In this document: piece by piece, positions 1-9,001 of the stretch
Numbering within the stretch: position 1 is the first letter of the stretch
Layout of the letters: each line of letters opens with the position of its first letter
NCBI GenBank assembly: GCA_963700655.1
Contig: CAVOYJ010000002.1
Coordinates: 11,212 to 75,211 of the forward strand
Reading direction: 5' to 3'
Origin: an uncultured Actinomycetes bacterium
Lineage (GTDB): Bacteria; Actinomycetota; Thermoleophilia; Solirubrobacterales; Solirubrobacteraceae
Length of the DNA: 64,000 nucleotides
Notes under the pieces: model-generated
What the model was told of the DNA's origin: nothing
Databases searched by the model: none
Seen by the model: the letters and a program-made list of their open reading frames with translations, nothing else
Position numbers and translations under genes: made by a program

Positions 1-624
1 GACGGCGATGGCGTTGGGCAAGGACGTCGGCGGCGTCGGGGTTGGCGGCCCGCACCGCCGCCTCGTAGGTGGCGAAGTCGGTGAAGAGGGTGGGGGTGAC
101 TTCAGCTGGACGTCGCGGCGCCAGGCCCACCACGGTCAGGGTCACCGGCTCGGCACCGGGCCCGGCGGCCGGGACGGTGACCTCGGTCACCGATCGAGAA
201 GTCGACGTCGCTGCCGACCGCCTCGCCGGCCGCGGCCGGCCGCTCCCCCGACGACAGGGTGGTCGGGGCGCCCAGGCCCGGGTGACGTCGGTGCCGACGA
301 TCGCCGCGTCGGAACGGCCGTCGCCCACGCCCTCCACGGTGAAGGTGCTCTGGCCGAGGCGGGCCGCCTCGCCGACCCCCTCGGTGCTGCGCACCGCCTC
401 CTCCAGCGGCGGCGGGATGACGCTGCCCTGGAGGGCCTTCTGGCCGTCGACGCTGTAGACGAGCACCGGCGCCGTCTGGTTGCGATCCCCCCGACGAACG
501 AGGTGAGGAGCCCGTCCTGGAGGGCCTGCTGGGTGAGGATCAGAAAGACCAGCAGGCCGACGGCGAAGACCAGCAGCCCGAACCGCACCACGGCGCGGCG
601 CATCTCCTGGAGGGCCAGGAACAT
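1..624 (-). pseudogene. FtsX-family ABC transporter permease (paralog of 32286..33416); 3' end off-window, frame broken near 470-480
   Basis: ATG at 622-624 (minus) opens MFLALQEMRRAVVRFGLLVFAVGLLVFLILTQQALQDGLLTSFVGGI. This is near-identical to the N-terminus of the permease starting at 33416. Past ~475 the homologous text (QTAPVLVYSVDGQKALQGSVIPPPLEE...TFTVEGVGDG) continues in another frame to the window edge. Confidence 0.7.
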
Positions 625-1013
625 CAGTTCAGCTCCAGTGGTGGAACCCGGCGAGGGCCCATCAGGGTGTGCGCCGCCACCGGCTGACCGTAGCGATCCA
701 CGCGAAGCTCTCAGCGCACCTCGCGCTCGCGATCCTCCACGTGTCCCGGTGCTCGGCGCGGCGGCGACCTTGGCGCCCCGGTGCATTGACGCACGGGTGT
801 TCTCGGTGGTTCGTGCCGCAGCATCCGGACGCTCGCTCTTCGTCCATTGGGGGTGTCAGGGCTGGTGCACGTTCTGAGTGAATCGGGGTGGGCGGTTCAC
901 GGCACCCGCCGGGCGTGCGAGGATGCGCGCGTGATCGGTGCAGTCCTGATGGGCCTCGTCGTCGGCGGCTGACGGCCTGCGAGCGAGAGGTCCGTACATG
1001 GGCACTCCGACTC

Positions 1014-1986
1014 ATGAACTGCGCGGCGATCGTCGTCTTCTGGGCGCTGGTGCTCGTCCTCCCGGAGCTCCGCACGTTCGCGCTCGTCAACCTCGGCGTC
1101 CAGCTGGCGATCTTCGTCCCGATCGCGAGCATGCCGGGCTGGCGGCGCCGCCAGATCAGCTTCGTGGACATCGCCTGGCCGACCGGCCTGGTGGCGATCG
1201 GCATCCAGCTGGCGATCTTCGCGGATCGCATCACGCCGCTCACCGTGCTGACGGCGGCCTTCTACGTCATGGTCGGCGCCCGCATGGCGACCTGGGCGAC
1301 GCGGATCTACCGTGCCGGGGGCCTCGTCGAGGAGCTGCCGCGCTACCGCTACCAGCGGATCCGCTGGGCGCACGAGGGATTTCGCAGCGAGCGCTTCTCG
1401 ATCCAGTTCGAGATCACGGTGCAGATGCTGGCCAACGCCAGCGTGCTCGCGATGCCCGCCTACCTCATCGCGACGAACAGCTCGTCGTCGCTCAGCCCGT
1501 GGGAGATCGCCTGCGTCGTCGTCGCCCTGGCCGCGTACGCTTTCGAGTCGTTGGCCGACCTGCAGAAGAGCCGCTTCACCGGTGGCTACGAGAACACCGG
1601 CACGGGCATCTGCGACGTCGGGCTATGGCGCTACAGCCGTCACCCCAACTACTTCGGCCAGTGGGTTCAGTGGGTCGCCCTCGTCGGCCTCGCGCTGCCA
1701 TCGCTGGCCGGCCTGCACGACGCCACCGACGCGGTCCCAATGGGTCGGACTGCTCGTGTTCCTGTTGATGGCCGCGGGGGCGATGTACTACACGCTCGTC
1801 CACTACACGGGCGCCGTCCCGGCCGAGCACTACAGCGCGCTCAAGCGCCCCGCCTACGCCGACTACCAGGCGACCGTGAACCGGTTCTTCCCCGGGCCCC
1901 GGCGACGGCACGAGACCGACGACGACCTCGACGCGGCGACCGCGCAGGCACGCCACGCCCGGAGCTCGTCATCGCCGACGACCTGA
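1014..1986 (+). pseudogene. DUF1295 / steroid 5-alpha-reductase-like integral membrane protein, frame broken near 1728-1740
   Basis: Multi-TM text with LADLQKSRF...GLWRYSRHPNYFGQWVQW, a typical DUF1295 core. The expected C-terminus (WVGLLVFLLMAAGAMYYTLVHYTGAVPAEHYSALKRPAYADYQATVNRFFPGP) lies in the frame of ORF 1312..1986. Confidence 0.65.
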
Positions 1987-2024
1987 CGCAAAGCAGAAGC
2001 GGCGCAAGTGGACGCCACTGGTGC

Positions 2025-2146
2025 GGGGGTTCGCACAACGCCCAAACACGCCGTCCACGGCTGGCGCTCGATTTCCCCTTCGCAGAGCCGCAAATAGCCC
2101 ATTCCGGGGCGAGCAGCGGAGAGACCGGGACGACGTGCGAACCCCC
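2025..2146. repeat. 12-bp perfect inverted repeat (GGGGGTTCGCAC / GTGCGAACCCCC) separated by 98 bp in a convergent intergenic region
   Basis: Arms read directly at 2025-2036 and 2135-2146. No convincing ORF lies between them. Confidence 0.6.
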
Positions 2147-2468
2147 AGTCACTCGATGAGCTGCTCGAGTTGCTCTGCCCGGCGGCGGCCGCCGCCTGAC
2201 CCACCCGGCCCTTCAGCGCCTGCCCGACGGCTGACCAAAGGCGGGCACCGGGCACAGTCGCCCAGCCCGAAGAGCGACACCGCCCAGAATCGTGCCCCCG
2301 AGCCCTTCGTGCCCACCAGTTCCCCGGTCTCGGGCGCCCGGCTGCCACCGCGTTACCACCGCCGCAGCAGTGGCCCGAAATCCCCCGCTTCGTAGCATGT
2401 AGCGAACGCTGGACCCCTTCTGGACACGTCCGGCGAGCTGAACTCGAAGCCGGCCGAGCCGGTGTCGA

Positions 2469-5400
2469 CTAGGCCTGCGGCACGACCGCGATCGTCCAGG
2501 TCCGCCTCGCCGGCGATGAATCCAGGTTGCCGGCCGCGTCCCTGGCCCGCACGTCAAGGGTGTGCTCGCCGTCCGCGAGGCCGGTGACATTGTGCGGTGA
2601 GCTGCAGGTGGTGAAGGCGCCGCCGTCCAGGCTGCAATCAAACGAGGCGACGTCGGCGTCCGCAGACGAGAACTCGAACGTGGCGTCCGGGCTCGACGAC
2701 GTCGGCGCAGGACCGCTCGTGATCGTCGTGTCCGGCGCAGTCGTGTCGACCGTCCAGGTGCGCGAAGCCGGGCTCGCGTCGATGTTGCCGGCCGCATCGA
2801 CCGCGCGCACCTCGAACGTGTGCGACCCCTCCGTGAGACCGGTCAGCTGGCCCGGTGAGGTGCAGGCAGCGAAGGCGCCGCCGTCGAGACGGCACTGGAA
2901 CGTCGCGGTCGAATCCGGCGACGAGAACGTGAACGTCGCGCTCGTGCTCGAGACCGCACCCGTCGGACCGCCCGTGATCGAAGTGTCCGCGGCCGTCGTA
3001 TCGACCGTCCAGGTGCGCGAAGCCGGGCTCGCGTCAATGTTGCCCGCCGCGTCGGAGGCGCGCACCTCGAACGTGTGCGACCCCTCCGTCAGGCCCGCCA
3101 GCTGCCGGGGCGACGTGCAGGGGGCGAAGGCGGCGCCGTCGAGCCGGCATTGGAACGTCGCACCTGGATCGGTGCTCGAGAACGTGAACGTGGCGCTTGT
3201 GCTGTTGACCGTGACGGCGGGTCCGGACGTGAGCGAGGTGTCCGGCGGAGTCGCGTCAACCGTCCAGGTCCTGGTCGCAGGAGAGGCGTCGGCATTGCCT
3301 GCCGCATCGACCGCACGCACGTCGAACGTGTGCGAGCCGTCCGCTTGTCCCGTCAGTTGACGGGGCGAGGTGCAGGCCGCCCAGGCGCCGCCGTCGAGGC
3401 GGCACTCGAACGTGACGCCGCCTTCGGGGCTCGTGAAGCTGAAGTTCGCAGTCGCGCTGACGACGGTGCCGCTCGGGCCCGCGGTGATCGAGGTGTCCGG
3501 CGCGACCGTGTCGACCGTCCAGGTGCGGGACGCGGGGCTCGCGTCGATGTTGCCTGCGGGGTCGAGAGCACGGACGCTGAACGTGTGCGACCCCTGGCTC
3601 AGCCCGGTGAGCTGTTGTGGCGACACGCACGCCCCCCAGCTGCCGGCGTCGAGACGGCACTGGAACGTCGCGGTCGGGTCGGGCGAGGAGAACGCGAACG
3701 TCGTGCTCGTGGTCGAGACCGCGCCCGTGGGGCCGCTGGTGATCGTGGTGTCCGGCGGCGTCGTGTCAACCATCCAGGTCCTCGTCGCGGGCGAGTTCTC
3801 GATGTTGCCGGCCGCGTCGATCGCGCGCACGTCGAACGTGCGGGAGCCGTCGGCCAGGCCGGCGAGCTGCCGCGGCGAGGTGCACGTGACCCACGCGCCT
3901 CCGTCGATGCGGCACTCGAACGTCACGACATCGGTGGCGGTCGAGGAGAAGGCGAACGTCGCGCTGGAACTGGCGGCCGTGCCCTGCGGGCCGCTCGTGA
4001 TGGTCGTGTCGGGTTGCGTCGTGTCGACGGTCCAGGTCCGGGACGCCGGCGACACATCAACGTTGCCCAACGCGTCAAGCGCGCGTACCTCGAAGGTGTG
4101 CGTGCCGTCGGCCAGCCCCGCGAGCTGGCGCGGCGACGTGCAGGCATTCCAGGCGCCCGCGTCCACACGGCACTCGAACGTCGCACCCTGCTCCGGGCTC
4201 GTGAACGTGAACGTCGCGCTCGCGCTGTTGACGGTGCCGTTCGGGCCTGTCGAGAGCGACGTGTCGGGCGGGGTCGTATCGACCGTCCAGGTTCGGGACG
4301 CCGGGGTCGCGTCGGTGTTGCCGACCGGGTCGATCGCGCGTAGATCGAACGTATGCGACCCGTCCGCGAGGCCCGTGATCTGACGCGGTGAGGTGCAGGC
4401 GCTCCAGGTCCCGCCATCGACGCGGCACTCGAAGGTCGCGGTGGCGTCGCCGGACGAGAACTCGAAGGTCACGCTCGCGCTGGAGATGACGCCGGTCGGG
4501 CCGCTCGTGATCGACGTGTCCGGGGCCGTGGTGTCGACCGTCCAGCTGCGGGAGGCCGGTGTGGCGTCGAGGTTGCCGAGCGCGTCGAGCGCGCGCACCT
4601 CGAACGTGTGCGAGCCGTCGGCGAGACCGGTGAGCAGACGCGGCGATGTGCAGGAACTCCATGAGCCACCGTCGAGGCGGCACTCGAAAGTCGCGCCCGG
4701 CTCGGGGCTCGTGAAGGTGAACGTCGCACTTGTCGCCGCGAGGGTTCCACTCGGTCCGGTGAGGATCGACGTGTCGGGCGCGGTCGCGTCGACCGTCCAG
4801 CTGCGCGACCCGGGGGTCGGGTCGCGGTTGCCCGCGGTGTCGACCGTGCGGGTTTCGAAGGTGTGCTGGCCGTCTGCGAGACCGGTGACCTGGTGCGGCG
4901 ACGTGCACGCCGCCCACGCACCGCCGTCGAGCCTGCATTCGAAGCCGGCCTTGTCGGAGGCCGTGGACGAGAGCGTGAAGGTCGCGTTCGGTGTCGCGAC
5001 CGAGCCGGACGGACCGCCGGTGAGCGTCGTGTCCGGCGCCGTCAGGTCGACGGTCCAGGTCCGCGAGGCGGGCGTCGCGTCGATGTTCCCCGAACTGTCG
5101 TACGCGCGCACGTAGAACGTGTTGCTTCCCTCACCGGGGAACGTGACCTGGTGGGGAGAGGTACAGGGAGTCCAGACGCCCTGGTTGCCCATGCGGCACT
5201 GGAAGAACGCAGGGTCCTCAGAGGAACCGAACGTCGCGAGCCCCGACGTCGTATTGATCGGGCCCGGCGGCAGGCCCGAGATCGTCGTCTGCGGCGCCGT
5301 GCCGTCGACGCTCCAGGTGCGCAGGTCCGGAGTGGGGTCGACGTTGCCGGCGGGATCGACTGCGCGAACTTCGAACGTGTGGCGGCCGTCGGTCAGACCA

Positions 5401-6266
5401 CTCAGGTTCACGATCGGCGGGCAAGCCGACCACTGAGCATCATCGAGACGGCAGCTGAATGTCGAGCCGGATTCTGTGGACTCGAACCAGATCGATGCCG
5501 TCCGGTCGTTGGTGAGGATGTCCACCGGACCCCGGGTGATACGAGTGTCAGGCGGCGTCGTGTCGGCGGGAGGGGTGGTTCCGCCGGGCGGCGTCGTGGC
5601 GCCGCCAATCGGCGGCGTGGTGGACTGCGGAACCGCCCCCGGGAGCGAGGGCGTGGGCACCGGGGCCGGCGAGACCACCGTGACCGGGCTCACGTTCGCG
5701 GCCGGCAAGATGACGGTCCCTGCCGAGCGGCAGTTGTTCTTCCCGGTCGACTCACGCACGCGCGCGCGGATGTCGAGGCAGATCGAAACGGCGTAGCGGC
5801 CGGCCGAGGCGCCGGCGGGAACGTCGACGGTGACGGTGAGCTTGCGCCTGCCCCCGTTCGAGATGGCGAGCAGCGGGAAGCGCTTGAGCAGGACGACCTT
5901 GCCCTTGCCGGCGACCGGCTTCCAGGACACGGCACCGGTGGAGGCACCGGCCGACCGGCGCCCGAGGTTGCGTGCGGTGATTGCGACGCTCAGCCGCCCG
6001 TCGGCGACCCGCGCCGCCGCAGAGCCGACCGCGAGATCAGGACGCTTGGCCTTGGCGGCACCGGCAGACGGTGGGTGCCAGGCGCCGGCGAGCAGCACGA
6101 GGGCGAGCAGCCCGACGCGCGCGACGAGACAAGCCGCGCTCCGGCGACCGGAACGGACGCCCGAAAGCCTTCCGTACAGCCCTGCGAGCACTGCCCGGCA
6201 CCTCCTGTGCCATGAGTCCGAACCCCCCGTCGCATCGGATTCTACGGCGATCGGGCGCGCGAGCAC
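2469..6266 (-). CDS. Secreted surface protein: CARDB-like N-domain, Pro/Thr linker, 12 tandem Ig-like repeats
   Basis: Uninterrupted 1,265-aa ORF with a GTG start at 6266. Hydrophobic signal/anchor LVARVGLLALVLLAG, then a PT-rich linker. The unit 'DTTAPDTxITxGPxG...ATFxFSS...FECRLDGGAWxxCTSPxxLTGLADGSHTFEVRAxDxAGNxDxxPAxRTWTVD' is repeated 12 times. Confidence 0.85.
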   Translation of the reverse strand: MLARPIAVESDATGGSDSWHRRCRAVLAGLYGRLSGVRSGRRSAACLVARVGLLALVLLAGAWHPPSAGAAKAKRPDLAVGSAAARVADGRLSVAITARNLGRRSAGASTGAVSWKPVAGKGKVVLLKRFPLLAISNGGRRKLTVTVDVPAGASAGRYAVSICLDIRARVRESTGKNNCRSAGTVILPAANVSPVTVVSPAPVPTPSLPGAVPQSTTPPIGGATTPPGGTTPPADTTPPDTRITRGPVDILTNDRTASIWFESTESGSTFSCRLDDAQWSACPPIVNLSGLTDGRHTFEVRAVDPAGNVDPTPDLRTWSVDGTAPQTTISGLPPGPINTTSGLATFGSSEDPAFFQCRMGNQGVWTPCTSPHQVTFPGEGSNTFYVRAYDSSGNIDATPASRTWTVDLTAPDTTLTGGPSGSVATPNATFTLSSTASDKAGFECRLDGGAWAACTSPHQVTGLADGQHTFETRTVDTAGNRDPTPGSRSWTVDATAPDTSILTGPSGTLAATSATFTFTSPEPGATFECRLDGGSWSSCTSPRLLTGLADGSHTFEVRALDALGNLDATPASRSWTVDTTAPDTSITSGPTGVISSASVTFEFSSGDATATFECRVDGGTWSACTSPRQITGLADGSHTFDLRAIDPVGNTDATPASRTWTVDTTPPDTSLSTGPNGTVNSASATFTFTSPEQGATFECRVDAGAWNACTSPRQLAGLADGTHTFEVRALDALGNVDVSPASRTWTVDTTQPDTTITSGPQGTAASSSATFAFSSTATDVVTFECRIDGGAWVTCTSPRQLAGLADGSRTFDVRAIDAAGNIENSPATRTWMVDTTPPDTTITSGPTGAVSTTSTTFAFSSPDPTATFQCRLDAGSWGACVSPQQLTGLSQGSHTFSVRALDPAGNIDASPASRTWTVDTVAPDTSITAGPSGTVVSATANFSFTSPEGGVTFECRLDGGAWAACTSPRQLTGQADGSHTFDVRAVDAAGNADASPATRTWTVDATPPDTSLTSGPAVTVNSTSATFTFSSTDPGATFQCRLDGAAFAPCTSPRQLAGLTEGSHTFEVRASDAAGNIDASPASRTWTVDTTAADTSITGGPTGAVSSTSATFTFSSPDSTATFQCRLDGGAFAACTSPGQLTGLTEGSHTFEVRAVDAAGNIDASPASRTWTVDTTAPDTTITSGPAPTSSSPDATFEFSSADADVASFDCSLDGGAFTTCSSPHNVTGLADGEHTLDVRARDAAGNLDSSPARRTWTIAVVPQA
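2472..5564 (-). repeat. Coding tandem repeat array, 12 units of ~255-258 bp (85-86 aa)
   Basis: The string cgtccaggtgcgcgaagccgggctcgcgtc recurs at 2751 and 3006 (255 bp apart). The protein-level anchor F[EQ]CR[LVI]D recurs 12 times. Confidence 0.85.
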
Positions 6267-6288
6267 CCCGGTTCGGACACGAGGGCGC

Positions 6289-6666
6289 TCACGCCCCGGC
6301 GAGCAGGCGATACGCGGCGCGCGCGATGCGCAGCCGCGTCGGGTCGATCGTCGCGTCGAGGTCGCGGTCCTCGAGGTTCAGCGCGGGCCGGACATCGCGC
6401 AGCCATCGCCGCTCGCTGTCCTGAAGCGTCTCGGCTGCCGATCTGGGATCGGTCATGAGGCCGAGCAGGAGGATGAGGTCCTGGCGTTGGTCCTCTGGGC
6501 GGCTGTGAACGGCGAGGCTGCGGGCCTTCAGCAGGATGGCCCCCAGCAGCGTCGGCCGCCGAAGCCCGACGCGGTCGTCGTCGACGACGATCGCCACGCG
6601 CTCGCTGCGCCTCAGCGCCTGGCTGCCGCCGGGGATCTGGATGGTCTGCGTGCCGCGTGCGGTCAT
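6289..6666 (-). CDS. Hypothetical protein (possibly the 3' remnant of a longer gene)
   Basis: 125-aa ORF from ATG 6666. The same frame stays open upstream to ~6812 (..EPLRDELGATPYETSGLEGEKGFRFEVAGQVVDVLAPDGIGRPA-M) with no ATG/GTG/TTG. No family recognised with confidence. Confidence 0.35.
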   Translation of the reverse strand: MTARGTQTIQIPGGSQALRRSERVAIVVDDDRVGLRRPTLLGAILLKARSLAVHSRPEDQRQDLILLLGLMTDPRSAAETLQDSERRWLRDVRPALNLEDRDLDATIDPTRLRIARAAYRLLAGA

Positions 6667-6864
6667 CGCGGGGCGGCCGATCCCGTCGGGTGCCAGGACG
6701 TCGACGACCTGCCCCGCGACCTCGAATCGAAAGCCCTTCTCCCCTTCAAGGCCGGAGGTTTCGTATGGCGTCGCACCGAGCTCGTCGCGCAGCGGCTCGC
6801 CCCGACCTCAGCCCACCCCAGCTTGGCAAGAGGGATCGGCTGACAGGGTCCGTGGGCGACCCCT

Positions 6865-7881
6865 TCAGGACCGCCCCGACTGATCCGCGGCACTCCCCCG
6901 GCGGTACCGGTTGCGCCGGTAGTCGTCGACCGCCTGCTTGCTCGAGTACCAGTGGCCACCGCGCTGCGTGGCGCGGAGACGACCTCGCTGGGCGGCCAGC
7001 ACCAGGGCGTTGCGCGACAGACTCTTGTCGGCGAGTGACGCGAGCGGGACAAGCTGCAGGGGGCCGGCGAGACCGGGGAGGATGAAGCGCTCCACGCTGT
7101 CGGTGACGGCCCGCGCGAGGAGCTCAGCGAGCAGCCCGACGTCGCCCGTGTCCGCTCGGCTCAGGCCGCGCAGGTAGGTGCCGCGGTCACGCTTGTGGAT
7201 GACAGCCGGCGGGTATCCCGACCGGACGAGCATGAGGTTGAGGAGCAGGCGACCGACACGGCCGTTGCCGTCACGGAACGGATGGATCCGTTCGAACTCC
7301 GCGTGGAGCTGCGCGAACACCTCCATGGCCGGAACCTGACCCTTGAGCAGCTTGCGATCGTTGACCTGCTCGAGCCAGTCGCCGAGCTGGGGCTGGACAT
7401 CGACAAATGGTGGCGGGCGCATCCCGTTGGGGAACGGCTCGATGTCGTGACGGCGGAACGATCCGGGGCCTTCGCGCGCGTCGAGCTGGTCCGGAGGGAA
7501 GTGCGCCCATACGGTGGCGACGGAGCGGCGGTGGATCTCTCGGACCTCAGTCACCGCGACGCGGCGCCGGTGTCCGGTTTGGCCGGGATCGCGCACCGCC
7601 TGCGCGTAGACCCAGTCCGCGGCCTCCGCGTAGTCCTGCACCTCGAGGTACTCGCGGAGCTCCTTGCTCCCGACTGCCTTTCCTTCGAACAGCAGCAGCT
7701 GCACCTGCTTGAGGATCAGCGTGTTGCCTTCGAGCGCGGTTGAGTGATGGGCTTCTTCAAACCAGATGTCTCGCCAGATCGCTGAGGCTTCTTGGGGCAG
7801 CGGGAGCCCCCCGGCCCCGTCGAGGTCGGCGACGGCCCGGTCCAGACGGGCGTAGACGGCTTGTCGGGTCGGGCGAGCCAT
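6865..7881 (-). CDS. Fic/DOC family protein (class II, intramolecular inhibitory helix) with C-terminal HTH-like tail
   Basis: Canonical Fic motif HPFRDGNGRVGRLLLNLML. An N-terminal inhibitory-helix motif [ST]xxxE[GN] is present as STALEG. I prefer the ATG at 7879-7881 over the TTG at 7929 used by the ORF track. Confidence 0.85.
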   Translation of the reverse strand: MARPTRQAVYARLDRAVADLDGAGGLPLPQEASAIWRDIWFEEAHHSTALEGNTLILKQVQLLLFEGKAVGSKELREYLEVQDYAEAADWVYAQAVRDPGQTGHRRRVAVTEVREIHRRSVATVWAHFPPDQLDAREGPGSFRRHDIEPFPNGMRPPPFVDVQPQLGDWLEQVNDRKLLKGQVPAMEVFAQLHAEFERIHPFRDGNGRVGRLLLNLMLVRSGYPPAVIHKRDRGTYLRGLSRADTGDVGLLAELLARAVTDSVERFILPGLAGPLQLVPLASLADKSLSRNALVLAAQRGRLRATQRGGHWYSSKQAVDDYRRNRYRRGSAADQSGRS

Positions 7882-7882
7882 A

Positions 7883-7967
7883 TTTGACCATGCTAACGCC
7901 GACAGCGACTTGCTGGTCAAAACAGGCAAGTTGACCAGCCTTGCGCGATCTAACTCGTCAGGTCAAA
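7883..7967. promoter_or_regulatory. Four TTGACC/GGTCAA half-sites in the Fic / vapB divergent intergenic region
   Basis: TTTGACC 7883-7889, GGTCAAA 7915-7921, TTGACC 7931-7936, GGTCAAA 7961-7967. The central pair forms a perfect CTGGTCAA-N10-TTGACCAG (7913-7938). Local GC is visibly lower than in the flanks. Confidence 0.5.
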
Positions 7968-8054
7968 TCGCTGCCGAGTTCCTCGACTGGCTGGATCGAC
8001 ACAGCTGAGGTCCGCGGGCTCAACTGACGGCGTTCCGCTCAACTCGACTAACCG

Positions 8055-8072
8055 GACTAGGTGATGCTAGTC
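8055..8072. promoter_or_regulatory. Inverted repeat GACTAG-N6-CTAGTC immediately upstream of the antitoxin gene (candidate TA operator)
   Basis: Arms at 8055-8060 and 8067-8072, 8 nt before the ATG at 8080. Confidence 0.4.
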
Positions 8073-8079
8073 TGCGGCC

Positions 8080-8307
8080 ATGAAGCCGGTCAAGATCCAC
8101 GAGGCAAAGACGAACTTCTCCAAGCTCATCGGCCGCGTCGAGGCCGGCGAGGAGGTCGTCGTCCAGCGCGGTGACATCCCCGTCGCGAAGATCGTCCCGT
8201 ACGAGACCAGCCGGCACGCCCGCAAGGCCGGCGCGCTGAAGGGACGGATCGAGATCGCTGCGGACTTCGACGCGATTCCCGCCGAATTTCAGGAGTACGT
8301 GCGTTGA
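8080..8307 (+). CDS. Type II antitoxin, Phd/YefM-like (partner of the PIN toxin)
   Basis: 75 aa. MKPVKIHEAKTNFSKLIGRVEAGEEVVVQRGDIPVAKIVP is the typical Phd/YefM N-terminal fold text. Its stop overlaps the next start by 4 nt. Confidence 0.85.
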   Translation: MKPVKIHEAKTNFSKLIGRVEAGEEVVVQRGDIPVAKIVPYETSRHARKAGALKGRIEIAADFDAIPAEFQEYVR

Positions 8308-8684
8308 CGGCATGGCTCGTCGACACCCATGCGCTGCTCTGGTTCCTGAGCGACGACGCCCAGCTCTCGACGAACGCCAAAGAGGCGATGGAGTCCGGCG
8401 AGAACGTGCTCCTTGCGAGTTCGGCCTGCGTCTGGGAGATGGCGATCAAGGCGAGCCTCGGAAAGCTCAAAGTCCCGACCGATCTGCCGAGCATTCTCGT
8501 CGAGCAGGGCTTCGCCCCGTTCGACGTGACCGCTGAGCACGCATGGGCTGTCGCCGGACTTCCGCTCACCGAACACCGGGACCCCTTCGACCGTCTCCTG
8601 GTCGCCCAGGCCCGCGTCGAAGGGCTCGGCATCATCAGCAACGACGCGCAACTCGATCAGTACGCGATCAAGCGTCACTGGTAG
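8304..8684 (+). CDS. vapC: PIN-domain ribonuclease toxin (VapC-like)
   Basis: 126 aa. WLVDTHALLWFL (first acidic residue), FDVTAEHAWAVAGLP..HRDPFDRLLVAQA and IISNDAQL are the typical PIN signature. TTG start overlaps the antitoxin stop. Confidence 0.85.
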   Translation: MTAWLVDTHALLWFLSDDAQLSTNAKEAMESGENVLLASSACVWEMAIKASLGKLKVPTDLPSILVEQGFAPFDVTAEHAWAVAGLPLTEHRDPFDRLLVAQARVEGLGIISNDAQLDQYAIKRHW

Positions 8685-8785
8685 CCCGCCCGCCACACCA
8701 GCGGGCCGCCCTCGACCGGCCTTCCGCGGCACGACCGTGGACTGGTCGGTCAGCCTCAAAGGACGACCCGGGACGCGGTTCCCGC

Positions 8786-9001
8786 CTACGCGGGCTCGAG
8801 ATCCGCGAGTGCGCGGCGGGCCATCACACCCTGAACCTGCTCCACGTGCTCCGTGACGTTGCTGAAGCCGTGCGCGAGTTCGTCCTCGGTCAGCGACCGG
8901 CGCCAGCCGTAGGAATCGCGGACAACGACGCGCGAGTCCTCGCGGTCCACGACGCGAACGGCGCGACCACCGCTGGCCCATACCTGTCCGGTCTCAATCA
9001 T
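8786..9001 (-). CDS. Small hypothetical protein (71 aa)
   Basis: ORF from ATG 8999-9001: MIETGQVWASGGRAVRVVDREDSRVVVRDSYGWRRSLTEDELAHGF.... Composition looks coding, but no family recognised. Confidence 0.4.
   Translation of the reverse strand: MIETGQVWASGGRAVRVVDREDSRVVVRDSYGWRRSLTEDELAHGFSNVTEHVEQVQGVMARRALADLEPA

Noticed and set aside
2025-2036. GGTTCGCAC, resembling a tRNA T-arm.
   Set aside because: The loop lacks the conserved TTCGAAT/TTCAAAT pattern, and no acceptor, D or anticodon arms can be built around it. I found no tRNA elsewhere in the window.
2469-6266. Regular ~255-bp periodicity that could suggest a repeat array or CRISPR.
   Set aside because: The period is far too long for CRISPR and there are no unique spacers. 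The repeats are in-frame protein modules of one long ORF. No cas genes are present in the window.
7882-7929. TTG-initiated 16-aa extension of the Fic ORF.
   Set aside because: The ATG at 7881 gives a normal Fic N-terminus, and the extension coincides with the TTGACC repeat array in an AT-richer stretch typical of a promoter. This is not proven.
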